From: Chitinophaga pinensis
GTDB taxonomy: Bacteria; Bacteroidota; Bacteroidia; UBA7662; JAIXUI01
Assembly (NCBI GenBank): GCA_943373175.1
Contig: CALSBM010000005.1
Coordinates: 9,889 to 73,888 of the forward strand
Length of the DNA: 64,000 nucleotides
Direction: 5' to 3'
Of the stretch, positions 46,783 to 55,418 are shown one piece after another. Under the pieces are notes generated by a model. It was not told the DNA's origin. It was given only the letters and a program-made list of their open reading frames with translations, and did not search any database. The first letter of the stretch is position 1; each line of letters begins with the position of its first letter. Both the position numbers and the translations under genes were made by a program.

Positions 46783-47802
46783 CTACCCTTTTATCACCGG
46801 CAAACGAACTACCCAATAGTTCCCGGTTTCGTTAGGGCCGAAGGTTAATGTTTGGTCGTAGAGGTTCAATAGGGAAGATAAATGAACTAATCCTTGCTGA
46901 TGGCTTTCGGTCAGTTGATCTTTGGGATTGATGGTGTTGATGACCTGAATTTCTTTTTCCGAAACGATCATTTCAATAATCAACGGATTTTCAGCATAAA
47001 CTTCATTGTGCTTGATGGCGTTGTCTATCAACATTCTAAGGCTGAGAACAGGGATTTGTCCGGCAGGTAGGGGCTGGTTAATGGGTAGTTCGAACTTTAT
47101 ACCACTTTCATAACGGGTTTCCAGCAATTTCACGTACTGTAGAATCATCTTCCATTCCTGTTCAAACTCTACCAACGATTGCTTGTCTCGCTCTAGGTGA
47201 TACCGATATACTTCTGCCAGATTCTGAACATAGTCTGAAGCTACTTTTGGGTCGAGTTGAATGAGTGCCTGAATAGAGGAAAAAGCGTTGAACAAAAAGT
47301 GAGGATTCACCTGATCCTTGAGCATTCCGTAACGCAACTCCGCTGTTTCTTTTTCCAGCATAGCGGCTTTAGTGAGGCTGTCTTTCCACCGATTTACAAG
47401 GTATTGACTGATGACGCCAAGGTTTAGGGTGAAGGCCAGAAAGATGCTTAGCCCGGTAAGAAGTCCGTTGGTGATGGAGTTATAATGAAAGGCGAACAAG
47501 CTTTCGGCCCAATAGCCCAAAAGATAGCGCAATAGCACGATGAACAACAACCCAATGCCGAGCTGAAGTGCTATGCGTTGGGCGGTGGCTGTTTCAAATG
47601 GAAGGATGCGGTCGAGTTGGCGGTTGAGCAGAGAGAATAAATGCAGAAGCAGTAAGATGCCGGCGAAGTTGACCACAAACAGCAGTCCGTTCAGACTCGG
47701 AGAAATAGCCGGCTGAAAGTAAACCCAACGGATGATAAAGCCAATGCTGCTAAACGTAGTAGCAACCACGAGTCGCGGCCCGTAACCCTCACTCAGCTTC
47801 AT
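46783..47802 (-). CDS. LytS/YehU-type sensor histidine kinase
   Basis: Four N-terminal TM helices, H-box LKDQVNPHFLFN, LA.VYRY and N-box LIDNAIKHN. Confidence 0.88.
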   Translation of the reverse strand: MKLSEGYGPRLVVATTFSSIGFIIRWVYFQPAISPSLNGLLFVVNFAGILLLLHLFSLLNRQLDRILPFETATAQRIALQLGIGLLFIVLLRYLLGYWAESLFAFHYNSITNGLLTGLSIFLAFTLNLGVISQYLVNRWKDSLTKAAMLEKETAELRYGMLKDQVNPHFLFNAFSSIQALIQLDPKVASDYVQNLAEVYRYHLERDKQSLVEFEQEWKMILQYVKLLETRYESGIKFELPINQPLPAGQIPVLSLRMLIDNAIKHNEVYAENPLIIEMIVSEKEIQVINTINPKDQLTESHQQGLVHLSSLLNLYDQTLTFGPNETGNYWVVRLPVIKG

Positions 47803-48491
47803 AACATCAGTTTTCCATCTTCCATCTGCAAAATGCGGTCGGTCATGTCTGCAAACTCTTGGTCATGGGTTACTGTAATGATGGTTTGGTTATTCACCGC
47901 AGCCAATTCTTTAAGGATGTCGAGCACGATATGGGAGTTTTTCTTATCGAGATTTCCGGTAGGCTCATCGCCCATGATGACCATCGGGTCGTTGATGAGC
48001 GCCCTGGCAATGGCTACCCGCTGCTGCTGACCGCCCGAGAGTTTCATGGCATTCTTGCGGGCGTATTCATCCATGCCCACCAGCCTTAGTTTCTCGATAG
48101 CCCGAGCTTCAATTTCTTGCTCGCTGTACTTCGCTAATTTTAAAGCGGGCAACATCACATTTTCGAGAGCAGTAAACTCTGGTAGGAGGAAGTGAAACTG
48201 AAAAACGAAGCCGAGGTGCTCGTTACGAAAGCGGGCAAGCCTATCCTGGTCGAAGCCTGTAACGGTTTCACCACCGAGCAAAAGCTGGCCTTCGTACTCG
48301 GTGTCGAGGGTGCTTAGTACATAAAGCAAAGTGGATTTTCCACAACCGGATTTTCCGACTAACGATACAAACGCGCCCTGCTCCACTTGAAAGCTGATGT
48401 GATCGAGCACTTTGAATGGGGTTGAATCGTAGAAAGTTTTGCTGATGTCCCGCGCTTCAATAACGATAGGACGGGAAGAAGTTGTTTGCAT
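47799..48491 (-). CDS. ABC transporter ATP-binding protein (LolD/MacB type)
   Basis: GKSGCGKST, GFVFQFHFLL, LSGGQQQRVAIARAL and DEPTGNLD. Confidence 0.96.
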   Translation of the reverse strand: MQTTSSRPIVIEARDISKTFYDSTPFKVLDHISFQVEQGAFVSLVGKSGCGKSTLLYVLSTLDTEYEGQLLLGGETVTGFDQDRLARFRNEHLGFVFQFHFLLPEFTALENVMLPALKLAKYSEQEIEARAIEKLRLVGMDEYARKNAMKLSGGQQQRVAIARALINDPMVIMGDEPTGNLDKKNSHIVLDILKELAAVNNQTIITVTHDQEFADMTDRILQMEDGKLML

Positions 48492-49762
48492 TAGCCTCTG
48501 ATAATGGCCACAGGATCAACTTTGGCCGCTTTACGGGATGGAAAATAGCCTGCGAGTACGGTGGTCACCGCTCCGAACACCAAACCGGCAGCGTAGTAAT
48601 ACCAGCGGTAGTTGATTGGGAAGGTATCGAGTTTGATGATGTCTCGTGCAGGGAAAGGAATCTGGTCAATGCCATAGCTGATTAACGCGCCGGCAGCCAA
48701 GCCCAGCAAACCTCCCGAAAGGCCAATGATTAGGCTTTGAAGCAAGAAGATGTTGGTGATATGCCTGCTTTCAAAACCGGTAGCTTTCAGGATGGCGATA
48801 TCACGCATTTTATTGACGATGGTCATATTCATAATGTTGTAAATGCCGAATCCGGCCACTACCAACATGGTAAGCGAAACCACGAAAGTGAGAACGTTAC
48901 GAATCATTTCTCCAGCTTCAATGGACGCATTGGCGACCTCCCAAGTCTCGGCTTTGTAGCGATAAAGGTTTTCGAGGCCGGGCGCTAAAGCAGAGGCATT
49001 CCGGTAGTTTTTTAAGCGAATGTGGAGATCGGTGAAGTAATCGGAAGGGCGAGCCAGCATTTTCTGAGCCGTTTGCAATTGAACGTAAGAACGCGTATCG
49101 TCGATGGTGGAGATGCCGAAGGAAAAGATTCCTACTACTTTCAGGAGGAAGGTGGAACCGTTGGGCATGGTCACACTCACACGGTCGCCGACTACCATAT
49201 TAAGTTTGGCTGCGAGTCGTTCACCTATCATGATGCCTTCACGGTTGGTGAGAAGTTTATCAACGCTGCCGGATTCCATTTTCTCGTACAGCTTATACAT
49301 CTGGTTTTCTGCCTTTACATCAATTCCTACCACATTGCCGGCAAACTCAAGCGGCCCGTTGTGAAAGAACGCTTGGGTAGCCAATTGAGGTGAAGCCTGT
49401 TGCACTTCTGGCATTTTACGAATGCTTTCCAGCATTTGGGCTCCCTTTTTAAGACGGATAGGCTCATTTTTAGGCCGTTGATGCCGAACGACTAACCAGT
49501 TTGTGGTGCTGTCGTAGCGTAAGGCCAAAAGAGGTGGTCGGTCGATTTTGGCGGGGTTGTAAATGCGGATGTGCGGGGAACCGTCGAGGGTAAGGTCCAT
49601 GAAAAAGTCGTTGATGCCTTGCATAAAGCTGATCATCACGATGAACATGGAGATGCCGAACGTTACGCCCATCATCGCTACAAAGGTTTGCTTCTTCTTC
49701 GACAGCAGATGGATCAATGCGATGCGCAAAGCCAGTCGGGAACCGGAGGCATTCATCGTCAT
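48491..49762 (-). CDS. ABC transporter permease (LolE/MacB/FtsX family)
   Basis: TM1, periplasmic domain and three TMs; DIAILKATG and P.RKAAKVDPV.IIRG. Confidence 0.93.
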   Translation of the reverse strand: MTMNASGSRLALRIALIHLLSKKKQTFVAMMGVTFGISMFIVMISFMQGINDFFMDLTLDGSPHIRIYNPAKIDRPPLLALRYDSTTNWLVVRHQRPKNEPIRLKKGAQMLESIRKMPEVQQASPQLATQAFFHNGPLEFAGNVVGIDVKAENQMYKLYEKMESGSVDKLLTNREGIMIGERLAAKLNMVVGDRVSVTMPNGSTFLLKVVGIFSFGISTIDDTRSYVQLQTAQKMLARPSDYFTDLHIRLKNYRNASALAPGLENLYRYKAETWEVANASIEAGEMIRNVLTFVVSLTMLVVAGFGIYNIMNMTIVNKMRDIAILKATGFESRHITNIFLLQSLIIGLSGGLLGLAAGALISYGIDQIPFPARDIIKLDTFPINYRWYYYAAGLVFGAVTTVLAGYFPSRKAAKVDPVAIIRG

Positions 49763-50844
49763 TCTCCTTTCACTAAGATTTCATCTTCCGGCTTTAACCC
49801 GGCCACAATTTCAACGTATTGCATATCAGAAACACCGGTTTTTACCTTTTTCCTTATTTGCTCTCCCCCTTCAACAACCACTACGGAATCACCTTTCAGC
49901 AGCGCGGTTCTGGGAATGCTGAGGGCATTTTTTTGTTCACGAATGAGGATGTTGGCTTCAAGATTCAACCCATAAACAGCGTCAGGCAGTGGCTGGAGGA
50001 AGGCAGCTTCTACCCGAACCGCTTGTTCTGCTTTGTTAAGTTTCGGGTAAATCCTGCTAACCTTCGCTTCGAAAACCGAGTCACCAAAAGCATCGAACGT
50101 AATCAGCACTTTCTGCCCTTCTTTGATGAGGACGATATCGGATTCGTCCACGCTGAGGCGAGCAATAGGCCGGTTAGGGTCTCCGAGCAGTGCTACCGCT
50201 TCGTTCTGATGAACATAATCCCCGACTTCTTTATACAATTCATAAACCCGTGAGCGTCCGCGAGCGTGAAGTTGGTTGTCGGCGGCATTGTTGCCAGCCT
50301 GTAGTGCCTTGTTTCGGCTTTGGCTCAAGTCGATGCCAAGGCTGTTTTGCTGGGCTTCGTACTGGCGTTGCATCGCCCGATATTCTTGCCGGCTTCCAAT
50401 CCAGGCGGTGCGGGCTTTGTCTACATCGGCTTCGGAAACTGCCCCGGTTCTGCCCAACTGCTCAAACCGTTTTGCGGTAAGGCTGTCGAGACGGGCTTTA
50501 GCTGCTGCGGCTTCTAATCTGTCCCTGAGTTGTGCCAACAAGGGTTCACGGTTTTTCTCGGTTAAGGCGAGCAGCCGTTCTGCATTTTCGCGCTCTGCGT
50601 CGCGGTTGGGGCCACTGAGTTGTGCCACCAACGCTTGGGCATCCAACACATCACCTTCTTTAACCGGCAGGTTGGTGATGTAGCCGGTTACATTGGGAAA
50701 CAGCTTGTATTCCGATTGGGGATACAAATTGCCGGACGCATAGACCACTTCCACCAAATTGCGAGTTTGAGGATGAACGGTTTCGGAAGAACGGTTGCAA
50801 GCGGCCAAAAACATGGGCAAAAGCATTAGTATGAAGTATCGCAT
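49759..50844 (-). CDS. Efflux periplasmic adaptor (MFP, HlyD/MacA family), lipoprotein
   Basis: Lipobox LAAC, lipoyl half VKEGD, coiled hairpin, VDESDI..IK.GQ and VEIVAGL. Confidence 0.92.
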   Translation of the reverse strand: MRYFILMLLPMFLAACNRSSETVHPQTRNLVEVVYASGNLYPQSEYKLFPNVTGYITNLPVKEGDVLDAQALVAQLSGPNRDAERENAERLLALTEKNREPLLAQLRDRLEAAAAKARLDSLTAKRFEQLGRTGAVSEADVDKARTAWIGSRQEYRAMQRQYEAQQNSLGIDLSQSRNKALQAGNNAADNQLHARGRSRVYELYKEVGDYVHQNEAVALLGDPNRPIARLSVDESDIVLIKEGQKVLITFDAFGDSVFEAKVSRIYPKLNKAEQAVRVEAAFLQPLPDAVYGLNLEANILIREQKNALSIPRTALLKGDSVVVVEGGEQIRKKVKTGVSDMQYVEIVAGLKPEDEILVKGE

Positions 50845-50850
50845 AAGGAA

Positions 50851-52182
50851 TTATTTAAGGGATTGAAAGGTGTAAACCTGAAAATACCAGGCATAAAGGG
50901 CCGCATCAGCGGTAGTTTGCAAAGCCGATTGCTGTGCCTGAGCATATTCCTGATACACAGCGAAGACCTGGTCGAGGGTCATCACGCCTTCGCTGTATGC
51001 CGCAAGGGCCATGTTTACGCTTTTGCTCATGAGTTGGCTTCGTTTCCACGCTTCGTTACGGTTGTCCATTTTTTCAGTGAGGCGGGTTTGCCATTCAGCA
51101 ATTTCTAACTTGGCGGTGATGGCCTGGTTTTCTTTTCTCAGCTTCGCCAGTTCGTACTGGGCGCGCATTTTTTGGTTGAGGTAGAAGTTCTGTCCACCTC
51201 GAAAGAGGGGGATATTGAAGCTGATGCCAACAGTACCGTAATTGAAACGGTTAGCACCTGCCGAGAGGGGTGCGTCGGCTTGCTCGGCCCAGTTGTACCT
51301 GCTAGTGAGGGAAATGCGTGGCCAAACACTGCGTTGCTGCTGTTTCCAACGCCAAAAGGCGGCAGTTTCTGCGGAAGCAGAGGCAAGCAGGGAGGGGTTT
51401 TGGGGCAACGAAGGTGGAAGGCTATTTCCGGCCAGGAGATATGCGCCGAGCGAGTCGCGGACTATTGGGCCTGAAGTGCTATCGTACCCTGCCAAACCCA
51501 ACAACTGCTTTTGCATTAATGCCAATGACGCTTCACTGCTTCTCAATTGTTGATGAAAGCTGCGCCAGAGGTTTTCAGCTCGATTTCGTTCTAAGACACT
51601 GGCGAGCTGTTGTTTGATACGCTGTTCTGTAGTCTGGTAAAGCAGAAATGAAGCGGAGTCTAAGCTTCGATTAAGCTTGAGCGCTTCAACCTGCATTAAA
51701 AGACCAAAGTACAGTTGAATGCCACGCATCATCGTTTGGCGTACCAGTTCGCGTTGTTCCTCTTGATTTTGCTTGCGGGTGGCATCAGCCAATTTTACTC
51801 CAGCCCATTTGTCAGCATGCAGCAGTGGAAGTTCTGCCTGATAACCCACCGAAGAGTTCCAGTCCCTACCAAAACGTGCTTCGCGAAACTGCCCTTCAGG
51901 CCCACCAAAGATGCTGGCGGGAATAAGTTGCACCGGCAGATTCAAGTTATAATCACTATTTCCGGCAAAGGTGACGGTTGGGAGCAGGGTTGCCCAAGCG
52001 GCGGATTGATCTCTGCGACCTGATTCGCGCTGCCAACCGGAGCTGAGCAACACAGGATTACGTTCCTGGAGGCCGTCTAAATATTCGGTAATATGCCGCC
52101 AGCCTTGAGCATCAGCAGGACTTCCCGCAGCGAGAAGTGTGCTGATTATTAGGATTTGGAAGCTGATTCGGGATGGTTTCAT
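50851..52182 (-). CDS. TolC family outer-membrane channel
   Basis: Signal peptide; RNP.L, LPTVTF, P.ISL and G....IPLF.GG OEP repeats; first gene of the exporter operon; start taken at MKPSR. Confidence 0.85.
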   Translation of the reverse strand: MKPSRISFQILIISTLLAAGSPADAQGWRHITEYLDGLQERNPVLLSSGWQRESGRRDQSAAWATLLPTVTFAGNSDYNLNLPVQLIPASIFGGPEGQFREARFGRDWNSSVGYQAELPLLHADKWAGVKLADATRKQNQEEQRELVRQTMMRGIQLYFGLLMQVEALKLNRSLDSASFLLYQTTEQRIKQQLASVLERNRAENLWRSFHQQLRSSEASLALMQKQLLGLAGYDSTSGPIVRDSLGAYLLAGNSLPPSLPQNPSLLASASAETAAFWRWKQQQRSVWPRISLTSRYNWAEQADAPLSAGANRFNYGTVGISFNIPLFRGGQNFYLNQKMRAQYELAKLRKENQAITAKLEIAEWQTRLTEKMDNRNEAWKRSQLMSKSVNMALAAYSEGVMTLDQVFAVYQEYAQAQQSALQTTADAALYAWYFQVYTFQSLK

Positions 52183-52231
52183 AGATTTCTGACACAAAGG
52201 TCTTCAATTACCTCTTTGGTTCTTGGTAGAA

Positions 52232-52307
52232 GACAGTGAAACCGACTAAATCGACAGGGAAACACCCTAAGCACGGGCTGAAGCCTTGAATAGAGTGTCG
52301 GTGAAAA
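52232..52307 (-). promoter_or_regulatory. LytTR-type direct-repeat array upstream of the exporter operon
   Basis: GACAGTGAAAC (52232) and GACAGGGAAAC (52253) have a 21-bp period. Weaker copies lie at 52274 and 52297, and a degenerate -7 box GACCTTTG lies downstream on the minus strand. Confidence 0.55.
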
Positions 52308-52336
52308 AGGGCGTGGTGATTTTGTACCTTTGCGCC

Positions 52337-52753
52337 GTGTCACGCATTATGGCCATTGATTACGGCCGAAAACGGGTTGGACTTGCCGTTACAGACCCGC
52401 TCGGCTTATTTGCCACCGCTCTCGCTACGGTGCCGGAGAAGGATTTGTTGGATTATATACGCGACTACTTAGTCAAAGAAACGGTTAGCCGGTTTGTTGT
52501 GGGAGAGCCCCGCAAACTCGATAACACCCCTTCCGAGACACATGCTGCTGCCGAAAAATTAGTTCGCAAGCTTCAACAACGTTTTCCTGAAATCCCGGTA
52601 AGCCGGGTTGACGAACGCTTTAGCTCTACCATGGCGCAGCAATCGCTGCGCGACGCGGGAATGTCGCGTAGAATGAGGGAGGATAAAGGTTTAGTGGACA
52701 CAGTGGCAGCGGTATTATTACTTCAGACTTATCTCGCTCTTCCCGGATTATGA
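52337..52753 (+). CDS. ruvX: Pre-16S rRNA nuclease YqgF / RuvX
   Basis: MAIDYGRKRVGLAVTD, VVGEP, VDERFSS and VD..AA..LLQ.YL; GTG start just after TACCTTTG (52325-52332). Confidence 0.95.
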   Translation: MSRIMAIDYGRKRVGLAVTDPLGLFATALATVPEKDLLDYIRDYLVKETVSRFVVGEPRKLDNTPSETHAAAEKLVRKLQQRFPEIPVSRVDERFSSTMAQQSLRDAGMSRRMREDKGLVDTVAAVLLLQTYLALPGL

Positions 52754-53313
52754 TTTATTCCATCGTCGCTTATGGCGACCCCGTCCTCAAGAAAAAAGCC
52801 CAGGATATTCAACCTGAAAACCCCGAATTGCAGAAGCTCATTGCCGACATGTTCGAGACGATGTATAACGCCAACGGGGTAGGGCTTGCAGCTCCTCAAA
52901 TCGGGCTTTCACTGCGTCTCTTTGTTGTTGACGGAAGTCCGTTTGATGAAGAAAAACTGGCTGATTTTAAGAAAGTCTTCATCAACGCCCGTATTGTAGA
53001 ATCAAGTCAAGAGACCTGCACGTTTAACGAAGGTTGCCTATCGATACCCGATATCCGTGAGGATGTTGTGCGCCCGGAACGCATCCGCTTGCAATGGCTC
53101 GATGAGCAACTTCAGCCGCACGAGGCTGAATTTGAAGGAATTCCGGCTCGTATCATTCAACACGAATACGACCACATTGAAGGCATGCTGTTTACCGATC
53201 GCCTCGCAGCGTTCAAACGAACGTTGTTGTTTCGCAAGCTCGACAACATCAGCAAAGGCCTGATAAAGGTTGATTATAAAATGAAATTTCCTTTCCGCCT
53301 AAAACGGCGTTAA
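52750..53313 (+). CDS. def: Peptide deformylase
   Basis: GVGLAAPQIG, EGCLSIP and QHEYDH. Confidence 0.98.
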   Translation: MIYSIVAYGDPVLKKKAQDIQPENPELQKLIADMFETMYNANGVGLAAPQIGLSLRLFVVDGSPFDEEKLADFKKVFINARIVESSQETCTFNEGCLSIPDIREDVVRPERIRLQWLDEQLQPHEAEFEGIPARIIQHEYDHIEGMLFTDRLAAFKRTLLFRKLDNISKGLIKVDYKMKFPFRLKRR

Positions 53314-53338
53314 CGGCCAGTTGGCCACCCTTTTTTCT

Positions 53339-54565
53339 ATGGAAAAACTACTACAGGCATTCGAAAATAAAGAACCCGAAATCGTCTTTGAATGGCACGA
53401 TTCCGAAACTAACGCCCGCGGTTGGGCGGTCATCAACACATTACGCGGCGGTGCTGCCGGTGGCGGAACCCGAATGCGTCCGGGCCTCGACAAACGCGAG
53501 GTGGTTTCATTGGCCAAAACCATGGAGGTGAAGTTTTCCGTAGCCGGCCCCGCAATCGGTGGCGCAAAATCCGGCATCGACTTCGACCCTAAAGACCCGC
53601 GCAAAGCCGATGTGTTGAAGCGCTGGTACACAGCCCTTCGCCCTTTGTTGAAGAACTACTACGGCACCGGAGGCGACCTCAATGTTGATGAGATTCACGA
53701 AGTGATTCCCATGACTGCCGCTTTGGGCGTTGAGCATCCTCAAGAAGGAGTCGTACAGGGCCATTACGGCGGCGACAGTAAATCTGAACGCATCAACCAA
53801 TTGCAAAAAGGAGTAACGCTTCCGGTTCAGGATTCCTCACTCGCACCCGATAACCGCTTTACTGTTTCTGATATGATTACCGGTTATGGCGTGTATTATG
53901 CGGTCAAGCATTATTATACACGTCTTGGGCAGTCGCTGTCCGGAAAACGTGTGCTGATACAAGGTTGGGGCAATGTGGCGGCGGCTGCAGGCTACTATTT
54001 CGCCCAAGATGGGGCTAAAATCACCGGCATTCTCGACCGTGAACTGGGGTTGGTCTCTCCCGAAGGATTGAGTTTTGAGGAAGTAAAAACGTTATTCCTC
54101 GAAAAGAATGGCAACCAGTTGAAGTCAGACCGGGCTATTTCTGCCGCTGAGGCTCAGCGTGTGCTTTGGACACAAGGCTGTGAGGTGTTTATACCTGCCG
54201 CCGCTTCAAGGTTGGTGCAGCAATACCAAATGGACCAACTAATCGAAGGGGGGCTCGAAGTAGTAAGCTGCGGTGCTAACGTGCCTTTTGCCGATAATGA
54301 GATTTTCTTCGGGCCGATAGCGCGTTCGGTGGATAGCAGGGTCGCGCTCATCCCCGACTTCATTGCCAACTGCGGAATGGCTCGGGTGTTTGCCTACCTA
54401 ATGCAAACGGGCATCGACTTGACAGATACTGCCATTTTTGCGGATGTAGCATCCGTTATTGGTCAAGCCATTGATGCCGTGATGGAGCGTAATGCTGGTG
54501 CTGCCGATTTCTCCCGTACTGCTTATAGCATTGCGTTAGAGAAGTTGATGCCGGGGCAAGTGTAA
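53339..54565 (+). CDS. Glu/Leu/Phe/Val dehydrogenase family protein
   Basis: GGGTRM, M.VK, GGAKSG, TGYGV, QGWGNV, GAN and IPDFIANCG. Confidence 0.92.
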   Translation: MEKLLQAFENKEPEIVFEWHDSETNARGWAVINTLRGGAAGGGTRMRPGLDKREVVSLAKTMEVKFSVAGPAIGGAKSGIDFDPKDPRKADVLKRWYTALRPLLKNYYGTGGDLNVDEIHEVIPMTAALGVEHPQEGVVQGHYGGDSKSERINQLQKGVTLPVQDSSLAPDNRFTVSDMITGYGVYYAVKHYYTRLGQSLSGKRVLIQGWGNVAAAAGYYFAQDGAKITGILDRELGLVSPEGLSFEEVKTLFLEKNGNQLKSDRAISAAEAQRVLWTQGCEVFIPAAASRLVQQYQMDQLIEGGLEVVSCGANVPFADNEIFFGPIARSVDSRVALIPDFIANCGMARVFAYLMQTGIDLTDTAIFADVASVIGQAIDAVMERNAGAADFSRTAYSIALEKLMPGQV

Positions 54566-54578
54566 ATCTTCAGCGGGG

Positions 54579-55322
54579 ATGTCGTCGTTCGAAATTCAGC
54601 TTCAGCATTTTCAGGGACCGTTTGATCTGCTGCTCTTTTTTATTGAACGGGACGAGCTGAATGTGCACGACATCCCCATTGCCCGCATTACCGACGACTT
54701 CCTTTCGTTCTTGCATAAAATGCAGGAATTAAACCTGGAGGTGGCATCGGAGTTTATTTTGGTGGCGGCAACCTTAATGCGGATTAAAGCCAAGATGCTA
54801 TTGCCGCGTAAAGAGGTGGATGCTCAGGGCAATGAAATAGACCCGAGGGCCGAGTTGGTGGACCGACTACTGGCGTACAAGCAGTTTAAGGATATTCTGG
54901 ATGAAGTTCGGCAGATGGAGGAAAACCGACTGCTGCGGGTTCAGCGGGGAAACCTGGAGCAAGACCTGCTGCAAATCAGGGAGAAGTTTGTTTCGTTGGA
55001 AGAGTTACACAGCCTCGACTTATACAAACTGCTGAAGACCTTCCACAAGACGATGAACGCGCATGAAGAAAGGCAACAAAAGCCCACGCACGTAGTTTTT
55101 ACCTTTCCCTTTACCATGGAAGGAATGAAGGAGAAAGTGCTGTTAGCGGTTAAACGTCAGGGACGGGAAGATTTTGTGAAGTTATTGGAATCTTGTACCT
55201 CTAAACTCGAAGCGATTTTTCTGTTTTTATCGGTACTGGAACTGCTCCAGCAGCAACTTTTACAGCTCAGCCAAGGCGAAGGCTATAACAACTTCTGGCT
55301 GAACGGGGTTGAAGGGGAGTGA
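54579..55322 (+). CDS. scpA: Segregation and condensation protein A (kleisin)
   Basis: FQGPFDLLLFFI, ASEFILVAATLMRIKAKMLLP, DPR.ELV.RLL.YK and FL.VLEL. Confidence 0.95.
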   Translation: MSSFEIQLQHFQGPFDLLLFFIERDELNVHDIPIARITDDFLSFLHKMQELNLEVASEFILVAATLMRIKAKMLLPRKEVDAQGNEIDPRAELVDRLLAYKQFKDILDEVRQMEENRLLRVQRGNLEQDLLQIREKFVSLEELHSLDLYKLLKTFHKTMNAHEERQQKPTHVVFTFPFTMEGMKEKVLLAVKRQGREDFVKLLESCTSKLEAIFLFLSVLELLQQQLLQLSQGEGYNNFWLNGVEGE

Positions 55323-55418
55323 GAGAAATTCAAATTTTAACTGCTGTATATTATTTATAAAAAAGCGATTAGAAAATAAGTGACAATGTGTGTTATAGTC
55401 CTTAGAAACTTATGGCTT

